A DNA stretch of 64,000 bases, from positions 39,464 through 103,463 of the forward strand of contig JBASWU010000062.1 in NCBI GenBank assembly GCA_049276635.1, written 5' to 3'. A model generated the notes under the pieces. It was not told the origin of the DNA and did not search any database. It saw nothing but the letters and a program-made list of their open reading frames with translations. Positions 23,164 to 32,026 of the stretch are shown piece after piece (position 1 is the first letter of the stretch; each line of letters begins with the position of its first letter). A program made the position numbers and the translations under genes. This DNA is from Solirubrobacterales bacterium. GTDB taxonomy: Bacteria > Actinomycetota > Thermoleophilia > Solirubrobacterales > JACPNS01.

Positions 23164-23548
23164 CGATCCGTCCACGGGCGACCGTCTTACGGTGCAGATC
23201 GTGATCAACCGGCGCGAACTCGCCGGTCCGGTTCTCGAGCGACTCGTTTCGGCCGCCGCCGCGCGCGCGGAACTGACCGTCGACCGGATGATCAACGCAC
23301 TATCGGTCGTTGATGCACTCGTCGACGCCGCCGATCGCGCGCTCGCCGGTGACACTCGGTGCTTCTCGGTCTCCGCTTCGCCCGGCGAACTTCGAATCGA
23401 TATCGCCGGGCTGCTCGATGGCGAAGCGGAGAGCGTCGTCGAGGCCGCAAACTTACCCGCGCTGGGCAACGTACTCACCCGGCTGACGTCGAAGATGTCA
23501 ATCTCCAACGACGGCGACAAAACATCGATCCGCATCGCCCTGGCTTGA
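23156..23548 (+). CDS. hypothetical protein, apparently a degenerate RsbW-like paralog
   Basis: 130-aa ORF whose ATG overlaps the RsbW-like stop (8-nt overlap). By-eye alignment to the upstream kinase is collinear, but the N-box Asn and G-box glycines are not conserved. Confidence 0.6.
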   Translation: MSSDPSTGDRLTVQIVINRRELAGPVLERLVSAAAARAELTVDRMINALSVVDALVDAADRALAGDTRCFSVSASPGELRIDIAGLLDGEAESVVEAANLPALGNVLTRLTSKMSISNDGDKTSIRIALA

Positions 23549-23593
23549 GCGTCGGTCCGCACGGCGCGGCAGAGATTCATTAGGGTCAGGTCA

Positions 23594-26095
23594 ATGGGTC
23601 GATCGGCACTTCGCGTTCGGACGGCGATCTGCATCTCGCTCGTTGGGGTGCTTTTCGCCATAAAATGGCGGTTCAGCGACGACATCGGGATCGTCGGCGA
23701 CCTTGTCATTCCTCCGCTGCTCGCCGGGATGTGGACGACGCCGCGCCGGACGGCCCTGGTATCCGTGCTCGCAATCGCCGCTGCCATGGCCACCGGTCAG
23801 ATCTTCGACCAGTGGCTTGCCACCGATCATCTGCTGCGGGTGGCGGTGGTCGTCGTCGCCTCAACCTTGGCAATTCAGACGGCAATCCTGCGCGAACGTG
23901 ATTTTAAGACACGCCGACGCCTTGCGCTGATAAGCGTCGCGCAATCCGAGCTTGACTCGGCCCACGGGCTTGAACAATGCGTGACGAGTTTCGCCCGCGC
24001 CGCCACGCATGAGTTCGCCGAGTGGTGTTTTGTCGATCTGCGCATGCCGAACCGGCGGTCGATGCGGGTCGTGTGTGCGAGCCGGGAGCCGGTGCCGAAT
24101 CAATCGAGTGACATCAGGCCACGAACGGAAATCACCTCGGCGGCGGGGGCGTACGCCAGCAGTGGCCTGCGCAATGGACCGATGTTGATGCGGGACGCCG
24201 ATCCGCTGCTGCTCGGCGCCCTCTTCGAGCAACATCCGTCAAAAGCGTTCGGCTCCACCGAAATTCTGATCGTCCCGGTCCAAACACCCGAGTTCAGCGC
24301 TACCTATTTCCTCGTCTGTCGTAAGCCGCTCCCGCGATGGGGCGAGGCGGAACTCACCCAGGCGGGGTCACTGGCGCGAGCGGCGGTGCTGGCCGCGCGG
24401 TCGGATCAGTTGATCGATCAGCTTGGCTTCGCGCAGCAGGAGCTGCGCGGATCGCGCGATCAGATCGAGGCGATCGTCCAGGGCATCGTCGATGGGATCG
24501 CCGTTCAAGACGAGGGCGGCCAGATGATTTACGCCAATGACGCCGCCGCACGCCTGCTTGGGTTCGAGACCGCCGGGCAGATGCTGGGGCTGCATTACAG
24601 CGAGATCGCCGCGCGGCTCGAGATTCGTGACGACGCCGGGCGGCCGTTCGACGCGAAAAATCTGCCGAGCCGCCGGGCGCTCGCCGGCGACGAGCTTCCG
24701 GAACAGCTGCTGCGCTACACGATCAAGGAGACCGGGCGTGAACTGTGGGCGCTGGTCAAAGCCACCGCAATCGTCGGAACCGGCGACTCGCCGGCCATGG
24801 CGGTGTCCGTCATCGAAGACCTGACCGCTCATCAGCGCGCCGAAAGCGCGCAGCGATTTCTCGCCGAAGCCAGCAAGGCGCTTGGCGAAAGCCTCGATCC
24901 AGACGTCGCGCTGGAGGCGATTGCCAGTGCCGCCGTGCCGGCCCTGGCCGACTGGTGTTCGGTCGAACTGCTGACGCCGGCCGGCGACTTGCGACCGGCG
25001 GCGCTTGCCCACGCCAATCCCGACCTGGTCGAGCAGTTGCGCGCGATGCGCGAGGGGCAGCGCTCGACCGTCGATTCGCTCGGTGCGACCGACGTTGTCA
25101 GAACGGGCGAGCCGGCGTTGTTCGAGCATCTCGAGCCCGAGACCTGGCGCCGATCGATCGGGGTGGCCGACGACGTCGTGTACCCCGCCGAACTGGCCGC
25201 CCAATCGGCGCTGATAGCCCCGATCATCGCCCACGGCTCACCGATCGGCGCGATCACGATGGTGATCACCAGGCCGCGGGCGCGCTTCACCGAGTACGAC
25301 ATGGAGACCGCGCTCGAACTGGGCCGGCGCGCCGGTGTCGCGATCGACAACGCGACCCTGCACAGCGAGCGCTCGCACCTGCTCCGAACCCTTCAGCGCA
25401 GCCTGGTTCCGGCCGAGCTGCCGGATGTCGACGGACTCGACTTCGCCGCGTTGTTTCGTCCCGCCGAGACCGAAGCCGAGGTCGGCGGCGACTTCTACGA
25501 TGTTTTCGAACTCCCCGACGGATCATACGCCGCCGTGATCGGCGACGTCTGCGGGAAAGGCCCCGAGGCCGCGGCGCTCACCGCTTTGGCCAGATACACG
25601 ATTCGCACGGCGGCGATGACCGAGTCATCGCCGCAGCGGATTCTCAAAACGCTCAACGACGCGATTCTCGGCCAGGTCCGCGACGATCGTTTTTGCACGG
25701 CGGCCTTTGCCCGCTTCAAAGAACCTGTTAACGGCGGCGCAGTGGAGGCCGAGGTGGTCGCCGCCGGCCACCCCCTCCCCATACGCCTAAGCGACGACGG
25801 CCCATCCGCGGTCGGCGCGCCCGGGGCGCTATTGGGCGTCGTCTCGGACCCGGACCTGCCACTACGCAGCATCGCGCTGCCAATCGGCTCGGCGCTGGTC
25901 CTCTACACCGACGGCCTTTCCGGCGGACAGACGACGGCCGACACGGAATTCGCCCTCGAACTCGCTCACGGCATTTCGCGCAGCGATCCAGATACGATCG
26001 CCAGGAATCTCAACGACGCGGCGCTGCAAGTGCAAACCGAACCCAACCGTGACGACGTCGCGATCCTCGTCGCCATGCCCCGTGACATGGCTTAG
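23594..26095 (+). CDS. membrane-anchored GAF-PAS-GAF PP2C (SpoIIE/RsbU-type) serine phosphatase
   Basis: 833-aa ORF with N-terminal TM helices. PAS-like QIEAIVQGIVDGIAVQDEGGQMIYANDAAARLLG. C-terminal PP2C motifs [34 protein letters not shown]. Confidence 0.9.
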   Translation: MGRSALRVRTAICISLVGVLFAIKWRFSDDIGIVGDLVIPPLLAGMWTTPRRTALVSVLAIAAAMATGQIFDQWLATDHLLRVAVVVVASTLAIQTAILRERDFKTRRRLALISVAQSELDSAHGLEQCVTSFARAATHEFAEWCFVDLRMPNRRSMRVVCASREPVPNQSSDIRPRTEITSAAGAYASSGLRNGPMLMRDADPLLLGALFEQHPSKAFGSTEILIVPVQTPEFSATYFLVCRKPLPRWGEAELTQAGSLARAAVLAARSDQLIDQLGFAQQELRGSRDQIEAIVQGIVDGIAVQDEGGQMIYANDAAARLLGFETAGQMLGLHYSEIAARLEIRDDAGRPFDAKNLPSRRALAGDELPEQLLRYTIKETGRELWALVKATAIVGTGDSPAMAVSVIEDLTAHQRAESAQRFLAEASKALGESLDPDVALEAIASAAVPALADWCSVELLTPAGDLRPAALAHANPDLVEQLRAMREGQRSTVDSLGATDVVRTGEPALFEHLEPETWRRSIGVADDVVYPAELAAQSALIAPIIAHGSPIGAITMVITRPRARFTEYDMETALELGRRAGVAIDNATLHSERSHLLRTLQRSLVPAELPDVDGLDFAALFRPAETEAEVGGDFYDVFELPDGSYAAVIGDVCGKGPEAAALTALARYTIRTAAMTESSPQRILKTLNDAILGQVRDDRFCTAAFARFKEPVNGGAVEAEVVAAGHPLPIRLSDDGPSAVGAPGALLGVVSDPDLPLRSIALPIGSALVLYTDGLSGGQTTADTEFALELAHGISRSDPDTIARNLNDAALQVQTEPNRDDVAILVAMPRDMA

Positions 26096-26107
26096 GCCGC
26101 GAGTTAG

Positions 26108-26449
26108 TCAGTCGAGCGAGCCGATCACGTGCATGTGCTCGTCCATGCGCGAAAGCTCGAGAACCCGTCCGGCCGGTGAATCGCCGGTTACGATCGAGAG
26201 CCGATAGCCGTCTTCGCCGGCGCGCCGATTGGCGCCGATCAAAATACGTAATCCGGTCGAGTCCATGAACGAGACGGCGCTGAGGTCGATCACCAGCGAC
26301 CGGCCGGTGCTCACGTGAATCGCTTCGAGTGTCTCGGTCAACATCTCGGCGGTCGCGATATCAAGTTCACCGCTGACGCGGACGGTCGTGACATCGCCGT
26401 CGACGGAGGCCTTGACATCGAACTGGCGCGCGCGTTCAGAGGAGCTCAT
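26108..26449 (-). CDS. STAS-domain anti-sigma-factor antagonist (RsbV/SpoIIAA-like)
   Basis: 113-aa ORF. VRVSGELDIATAEML...LVIDLSAVSFMDSTGLRILI with the conserved phosphorylatable Ser in the DS(T)G context. Convergent with the PP2C gene. Confidence 0.9.
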   Translation of the reverse strand: MSSSERARQFDVKASVDGDVTTVRVSGELDIATAEMLTETLEAIHVSTGRSLVIDLSAVSFMDSTGLRILIGANRRAGEDGYRLSIVTGDSPAGRVLELSRMDEHMHVIGSLD

Positions 26450-26541
26450 CTGTCGCCAAATTTACCAGCAGCGGGTCTGATCGTTGCTCGCGGTCCCGAT
26501 CGCCGGCGTTGGCCCGGGTCGCGATCGTCAAGGACGACGAC

Positions 26542-27543
26542 TCAGCGCGTCGCGACTGCGGGGAGCACGCGCTCGTACCACGCGAAGGTCTCGGCGAGTC
26601 CGTCCGCCAGCGACCAAGAAGGCCGCCAGCCGAGTCGCTCGTTTATCAGCGTGGAATCGAGATACTGCCTGTCGATCTCGCCATCGGGCGTACCGCTGCC
26701 GTGAATGTCGGGTTGGAGATCGCTGCCGGCGACCTCGAGTACCGTGCGGACGATCTCGATCACGGCCCACGGACGCCCGGCGCCGGCATTGAACGCCATC
26801 CCGCGATTGACCGGGTCGGTCAGTCCGGCGGCGATCGCCAGATAGGCGTCGACGGCGTCGGGCACGTAGATGAAGTCGCGTTCCGGTGTTCCGTCTGACC
26901 GGATCACCGGTGCCTCGCCGGCGAGAATCGCCCGGATCGTCTCGGGTACGAGCCGTGAGTAATTGAAGTCGCCGCCGCCGTAAACGTTGGCCAGACGCGT
27001 GACCGCGACGGCCAATCCGTAGGTTTCAGCATACGAACGGGCGATTAGATCGGCCGCCGCCTTAGAGGTATCGTAAGGAAAACGCGGTTGGAGTTTCGCG
27101 TCTTCGCGGTAGGGAAGCTCCTCGTGTGCGCCATACGCCTTGTCGCTTGAGGCCACGACCACCCGCTGGACCGTCGGGGCCAAACGCGCGGCCTCGAGCA
27201 GGTTGTACGTGCCTCTGACATTGGTCTCAAAGGTCGACAATGGCGAGCGATTCGCGACCGCGACGATCGCCTGCGCGGCCAGATGAAAAACCGTTTCGAT
27301 CGCGTATTCGTTGAGCACACGCAGCAGCTCATTGTGGTCAGACAGATCGCCCTGGGCTACCGTGCAGCGTTGTTCGATCTGCTCGATTCGCAGCCGTGAA
27401 AGCGCGGGCCTGTCGCGCTTCAAAATGACCACCTCGGCACCCTCGTCGACCAGCCGCTCGGCGAGCCAAGAGCCGATGAACCCATCTGCTCCGGTGACTA
27501 ACACCGGCACCCTCCGCCAATCGCTGCTCAGCGGTTGGCTCAC
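26542..27543 (-). CDS. extended-SDR NDP-sugar dehydratase/epimerase, likely CDP-glucose 4,6-dehydratase by linkage
   Basis: The track ORF (to 27642) is over-extended. GTG at 27541-27543 overlaps the upstream gene's TGA (GTGA). Motifs VLVTGADGFIGSWL, SSDKAYG and YDTSKAA (YxxxK). M22 at 27579 is an alternative start. Confidence 0.75.
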   Translation of the reverse strand: MSQPLSSDWRRVPVLVTGADGFIGSWLAERLVDEGAEVVILKRDRPALSRLRIEQIEQRCTVAQGDLSDHNELLRVLNEYAIETVFHLAAQAIVAVANRSPLSTFETNVRGTYNLLEAARLAPTVQRVVVASSDKAYGAHEELPYREDAKLQPRFPYDTSKAAADLIARSYAETYGLAVAVTRLANVYGGGDFNYSRLVPETIRAILAGEAPVIRSDGTPERDFIYVPDAVDAYLAIAAGLTDPVNRGMAFNAGAGRPWAVIEIVRTVLEVAGSDLQPDIHGSGTPDGEIDRQYLDSTLINERLGWRPSWSLADGLAETFAWYERVLPAVATR

Positions 27544-28277
27544 CGCACCGCGCTCGTCAACGTGTCGATCGTGAGCCATGGAGGCGGCGCCTCGGCGCAA
27601 AGTTCGTTCAGCGCGAGCGCATCTTTGAATGTGTCCATGCACTCCCAGAATCCCCGATGGCGGTAACCGCGTAGCTCGCCGGCGACCGCCAGTCGTTCGA
27701 GCGGTCCCTGCTCGAGCACCTCATCGTCGCCGATAAACCCCAGCGCACGGGGCTCGACAATCATGAATCCTCCGTTGATCCAGCCGTCGAGCCTCGGCTT
27801 CTCGACGAAGCCCGTTATGCGGCCGTCGGGGTCGAGAGTGGCCTCGCCCCACGGGCTTTCCGGCTGCACGAGCGCCATCGTCACGGCCGACTCATGCGAG
27901 CGGTGAAAGCCGTATTCGGCGACCAGGTCGATGTCGGCGACGCCATCGGCGTACGTCAGGGCAAAGGCGCCACCCGCGAGTATGCCGGCGGCCGCCGCGA
28001 CGCGGCCGCCGGTTGGCGTGTCGTCGCCTGTGTCGACCGTACGGACGGTCCAGTCGCCGGCGGCAACCTCGTCGAACGCTTCGAGGGCGCCGACGATGCG
28101 CTCGGACCGCCAGCCCGTCAACAAGACGAAGTCGTTGAAGCCCTGCGCCGCGTACAGCGCCATGACATGCCAAAGGATCGGCCTGCCGCCGACGTCGATC
28201 AGCGGTTTAGGAGTGTCTTGCTCGCCGCGTGCGATACGCGTGCCTTTGCCACCGCAGAGAATTGCGACCGGGATCAT
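27540..28277 (-). CDS. rfbF: glucose-1-phosphate cytidylyltransferase
   Basis: 245-aa ORF starting MIPVAILCGGKGTRIARGEQDTPKPLIDVGGRPILWHVMALYAAQGFNDFVLLTGW, which resembles the RfbF N-terminus. C-terminal GFWECMDTFKD. Confidence 0.8.
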   Translation of the reverse strand: MIPVAILCGGKGTRIARGEQDTPKPLIDVGGRPILWHVMALYAAQGFNDFVLLTGWRSERIVGALEAFDEVAAGDWTVRTVDTGDDTPTGGRVAAAAGILAGGAFALTYADGVADIDLVAEYGFHRSHESAVTMALVQPESPWGEATLDPDGRITGFVEKPRLDGWINGGFMIVEPRALGFIGDDEVLEQGPLERLAVAGELRGYRHRGFWECMDTFKDALALNELCAEAPPPWLTIDTLTSAVR

Positions 28278-28301
28278 CTGGCCGGTACTTGCAGCCCGGC
28301 G

Positions 28302-28577
28302 TCAGCCGCCCGCGACCGCGGGCAAAATCGTGACTTCGGCGCCGTCGGCGACGAACGTTTCCAGGCCGTCGCCGAAGCGAATGTCCTCGTCGGCGACGTA
28401 GACGTTGACGAAACGGCGGAGCTCGCCGTTGTCGCTGATCCGTGTCTGAAGGTCGGGATATTGGTCGTAGAGCGCGTCGAGCACTTCAGACACCGTCCCC
28501 GCAGTCGCCACCTCGATGACGGCCCGACCGTCGACGACCGGACGTAACTGCGCCGGGATCTTGACTGTTACCGCCAT
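28302..28577 (-). CDS. MoaD/ThiS-family sulfur-carrier protein (C-terminal Gly-Gly), MetO/CysO-like
   Basis: 91-aa ORF ending TILPAVAGG-stop. Ubiquitin-like beta-grasp pattern (VNVYVADEDIRFGDGLETFVADGAEVTILP). Lies 20 nt downstream of the ThrC-like gene, in the same SAM-riboswitch transcription unit. Confidence 0.85.
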   Translation of the reverse strand: MAVTVKIPAQLRPVVDGRAVIEVATAGTVSEVLDALYDQYPDLQTRISDNGELRRFVNVYVADEDIRFGDGLETFVADGAEVTILPAVAGG

Positions 28578-28597
28578 CTGATTGCCCCCTTCGGTGA

Positions 28598-29827
28598 CTA
28601 CGCCGTAACCGGAGTCGGTACGAATTCGTTGAACGCCTCGAGTGTTGCGTCGATCTCATATTTTTCGAACGTGCCGCGTGCCGCGTCGAGGGTCTTGAGA
28701 CCCTCGCCGGTGATGTATACGACAACACACTCGTCGGGATCGATCTCGCCCCGGTCGGCCAGCTTCTTAAGACTGGCGACCGTGACGCCGCCGGCCGTCT
28801 CGGTGAAGACGCCGGTGGTGTGCGCGAGCAGTTTTATGCCAGCGCGAATTTCATCGTCGGTGACCTGTTCGATAGTGCCGCCCGTGCCGCGCGCGACATC
28901 GATCGCGTAGGGACCGTCGGCGGGATTTCCGATCGCCAGTGATTTGGCGATCGTGTCTGGCTTGACCGGGCGACAGACGTCGTGTCCGTGCTCGAAGGCC
29001 TCGGCAACCGGGTTGCAGCCGGTCGCCTGCGCGCCGTGAAATTTCGGCAGCTCGCCCTCGGCGAGGCCGAGCTCGAGCCACTCGCTGTAACCCTTGTGCA
29101 GTTTCGTGAACAGCGAACCCGAGGCAATCGGCGAAATAATGCGATCCGGCGTCCGCCAACCGAGTTGCTCGATGACTTCGTAGGCCAAGGTCTTGGAGCC
29201 CTCGCTGTAGTACGGACGCATATTGATGTTGACAAATGCCCAGTCGTATTCGGCCGAAAGTTCCGTGCAAAGACGATTGACGTCGTCGTAGTTTCCGCGC
29301 ACACCGACCAGCTCGGTGCCGTAAACGCCGGTCGCGAGAATCTTCTGTTCCTCTAGATCGGTCGGGATGAACACGTAAGAGTCGAGGCCGGCGGCCGCGG
29401 CGTGGGCGGCGACGGCGTTGGCGAGGTTGCCGGTCGAAGCACAAGCGATCACGCTGTAGCCGAGATCGACGGCCTTCGCCAGTGCGACGCTGACGACGCG
29501 ATCCTTGAACGAGTGCGTCGGATTGGCGGCGTCGTTCTTGACGTAGACGTTTTTGAGTCCGAGATACTCGGAGAGGCGGCTCGCTTGGATCAGCGGTGTG
29601 AGACCGGTGTCGAGCACCGACTTTGGCCGCTCGGCGAACGGCAGGAAGTCCGAGTAGCGCCAGATGTTCTGCGGACCGGCCTGGATCTGACGCTTCGTCT
29701 CGGCGACGTCTAATCCGCTGTAGTCGTATACGACTTCGAGCGGGCCGAAACACTGCTCGCAGACGAAGCGAGCCTCTAGCGGGTATCGCTCCCCACATTC
29801 CTTGCATTTCAGCGCATCTACTGCCAT
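28598..29827 (-). CDS. threonine-synthase-family PLP enzyme with N-terminal zinc ribbon (MetM-like candidate)
   Basis: 409-aa ORF. Zinc ribbon CKECGERYPLEARFVCEQCFGPLEV, PLP-lysine region NPTHSFKDRV, and ASTGNLANAVAAHAA. Directly downstream of the SAM-I riboswitch. Confidence 0.9.
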   Translation of the reverse strand: MAVDALKCKECGERYPLEARFVCEQCFGPLEVVYDYSGLDVAETKRQIQAGPQNIWRYSDFLPFAERPKSVLDTGLTPLIQASRLSEYLGLKNVYVKNDAANPTHSFKDRVVSVALAKAVDLGYSVIACASTGNLANAVAAHAAAAGLDSYVFIPTDLEEQKILATGVYGTELVGVRGNYDDVNRLCTELSAEYDWAFVNINMRPYYSEGSKTLAYEVIEQLGWRTPDRIISPIASGSLFTKLHKGYSEWLELGLAEGELPKFHGAQATGCNPVAEAFEHGHDVCRPVKPDTIAKSLAIGNPADGPYAIDVARGTGGTIEQVTDDEIRAGIKLLAHTTGVFTETAGGVTVASLKKLADRGEIDPDECVVVYITGEGLKTLDAARGTFEKYEIDATLEAFNEFVPTPVTA

Positions 29828-29858
29828 CTGTGAAACCTCGTTTTCTTGTTTCCTTTAC

Positions 29859-29903
29859 AAAAAACCCTCGGCTCGGATGTGAGTCGAAGGTTCGGTGTCG
29901 AGG
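29859..29903 (-). terminator. riboswitch expression-platform terminator
   Basis: Minus-strand RNA CCUCGACACCGAACCUUCGACUCACAUCCGAGCCGAGGG followed by UUUUUUGU, between the SAM aptamer and the ThrC-like start. The UCACAUCC segment can alternatively pair with the P1 3' strand region GGAUGAUGUGA. Confidence 0.6.
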
Positions 29904-29914
29904 CTTCAATTCAC

Positions 29915-30030
29915 ATCATCCAAGCCGTGGGTTAAACCGGCTTGCTGGAATTGGCACCTTTCAACAGCTCGCGCTGTTGATGGTTGCCGGGGTTTCGTCG
30001 GGCCAGTCCCTCCACCCCTCTGGATGCGTA
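29915..30030 (-). promoter_or_regulatory. SAM-I (S-box) riboswitch aptamer
   Basis: The minus strand reads GCAUCCAGAGGGGUGGAGGGACUGGCCCGACGAAACCCCGGCAACC...GAAAGGUGCCAAUUCCAGCAAG...CUUGGAUGAUG. This matches the S-box conserved cores AGAGrGGUGGAGGGACUGGCCCGAyGAAACCCGGCAACC and AAGGUGCCAAUUCCnGCA. P1 pairs CAUCCA with UGGAUG. Confidence 0.92.
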
Positions 30031-30234
30031 CAACTATGCGAAAACAAGTATAGCGCCGAACCGGTCGTCGAAAAGCCGCCCGCGAGGTCTGTGTGAGCAT
30101 TCTCACATTTCTTTTCGCACGGCTCTTGCGTTTCCGCGACCCAAGGCCTACTTTGGGGTTCGTGGGAATCGTCACGCGGCCGGGATGCCGCTTGGGGGGC
30201 GATATCTCTGCCAGATAGAAAGGGCGCCGATCAA

Positions 30235-30867
30235 GTGCCGTTCAGGGATCGATCCGAAGCGGGCAGGATGCTCGCACGGCAACCGGAAGTTCGTGGGTTA
30301 GACGACGTGATCGTCGTCAGCACGCCTCGCGGGGGAGTTCCGGTTGCCGTCGAGATCGCCCGTGCGTTGCACGCTCCGCTGGACGTCATGCCGGTCGTCG
30401 ACCTCTCCACGCCCGGCAAGCCGGAATACGTCGTCGGCGCGGTCGCCGAGAACACCATCCACGTGATCGACTCGGACGCACTCGCCGCGCTCGGCGTGAC
30501 CGAAGACAGCCTCGCTCAGCGGGTCGCCGAAGCGACCGCGCAGATCGCGCGGCTCGCAAAGATCTACCGGGGGGAACGAAGCGCCCTCACGGTGGCCGGC
30601 CGTCATGTGCTCGTCGTTGATGACGGATCGGCCACCGCCCCCGCACTGGAGGCTGTGGCGGTTGCCCTGACGCGCCGCAAGGCCGCATCGTTGATGCTCG
30701 CGACTCCGCTGACCCCGGATCCTCATTTGCGTGGATACTCATCCATAGCGAACGTTCGCCACGGTGACGAACTCGCGATAGTCGGACTCTGGTACGACGA
30801 TTTCGCGGCGCCCAGCGATGAAGTCGCGGCGATGGTCTTTCAGGAGGCGTCGGAGGTCGCTCGGTAA
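30235..30867 (+). CDS. phosphoribosyltransferase-family protein (function unknown)
   Basis: 210-aa ORF with GTG start. FRDRSEAGRMLA, VVSTPRGGVPVAVEIARAL and the PRPP-loop-like VLVVDDGSATAP. Confidence 0.7.
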   Translation: MPFRDRSEAGRMLARQPEVRGLDDVIVVSTPRGGVPVAVEIARALHAPLDVMPVVDLSTPGKPEYVVGAVAENTIHVIDSDALAALGVTEDSLAQRVAEATAQIARLAKIYRGERSALTVAGRHVLVVDDGSATAPALEAVAVALTRRKAASLMLATPLTPDPHLRGYSSIANVRHGDELAIVGLWYDDFAAPSDEVAAMVFQEASEVAR

Positions 30868-31009
30868 TTCCCGGCGTCCGCCCGCCGGCCGGGGCCGGCA
30901 AACATCGGCGTCCGCTCGCCAACGGCGATTGCAAGCGAAAGGTCCTGGGTCAGCGCGCCGATAACATCACGGTCATGGCGCTCTGTCCTCCACTCGACGA
31001 CCCCCTCAG

Positions 31010-32026
31010 TTGGTCATGGCCCCCCGCATCAGAGACATGCCGGGTCGAATTCGGCGTCGCGCGGACGCGCCGTCGGTAGCTGACCTCGTCCCGGATCCGC
31101 ATGTAGAGCCGCGTGTCGAGATCGTCGAGCGCGAGGCCATGCGCTGGATCAATATCGAGCGTCCCGCTCAGGCCGAAGAGGCCTGGCTGCGCGAGCGATT
31201 CGAGTTTCACGATCTCGATTACGAAGACGTTCGATCGCGCAACCAGCGGCCGAAGATCGACGAGTACGACGACTACCTCTTTCTCATTCTGCACCTTCCG
31301 GTGTTCGATAAGCGCGTCGGCCGGCTCAACGCCGCCGAGCTCGACATATTCATCGGCCCGGACTTTCTGATCACGGTTCCCAACGAGCCGCTCAAACCGA
31401 TCGAGTACCTCTTCGAGCGCTGCAAATCGCACGAGGAGACTCGCGAATCGCGCATGAGCCAGGGCACCGGCTTCCTGCTCTACACGATCGTCGACGACGC
31501 CTTCACCAGCTTTTTCCCGATGCTGCGGAAGATCGGACTCAAGCTCGACAGCGTCGAGGAGGACATTTTTGTCGAGGGACGCTCCCGCGAGGTCGTGCGC
31601 GATATCTCCAACGTCAAGCAGGAGATCATCAACTTTCGCAAGATCATCCGGCCTCAGCGCGCCGTGCTGCGCGACCTCGAGCGCGTCAAGTCACGGTTTC
31701 TCGCCGACGACCTCGAGATCTATTTTGATGACATCGTCGACGCCTCGGAGCGCATGTGGGACATGCTTGAAAACTTCAAGGAGGTCGTCGAGGCGCTCGA
31801 GGCGACCAACGAATCGGTGATCTCGCACAGCGTCAACGACGTGCTGCGGGTGCTCACGGTGTTCAGCGTTTTCTTTCTGCCGTTGACGCTGATCGCCAGC
31901 GTCTTCGGTATGAACAACCACGTTCCGGGCCAGGGGTCGGTCGAGGGGTTCTGGATCGTCGTCGGCGGCATGGCGTTAACGCTCGGCGGCATGCTCGCGT
32001 ACTTCCGCAGACGCGGCTGGCTCTGA
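31010..32026 (+). CDS. corA: CorA-family magnesium/cobalt transporter
   Basis: 338-aa ORF with two C-terminal TM helices and the signature FGMN (SVFGMNNHVPG). The exact start is uncertain (alternative Met 9 codons in). Confidence 0.88.
   Translation: MVMAPRIRDMPGRIRRRADAPSVADLVPDPHVEPRVEIVEREAMRWINIERPAQAEEAWLRERFEFHDLDYEDVRSRNQRPKIDEYDDYLFLILHLPVFDKRVGRLNAAELDIFIGPDFLITVPNEPLKPIEYLFERCKSHEETRESRMSQGTGFLLYTIVDDAFTSFFPMLRKIGLKLDSVEEDIFVEGRSREVVRDISNVKQEIINFRKIIRPQRAVLRDLERVKSRFLADDLEIYFDDIVDASERMWDMLENFKEVVEALEATNESVISHSVNDVLRVLTVFSVFFLPLTLIASVFGMNNHVPGQGSVEGFWIVVGGMALTLGGMLAYFRRRGWL

Noticed and set aside
30868-31009. Possible Mg2+ (M-box/ykoK) riboswitch upstream of corA
   Set aside because: I read the leader on the plus strand and found none of the conserved M-box segments and no terminator-like hairpin.
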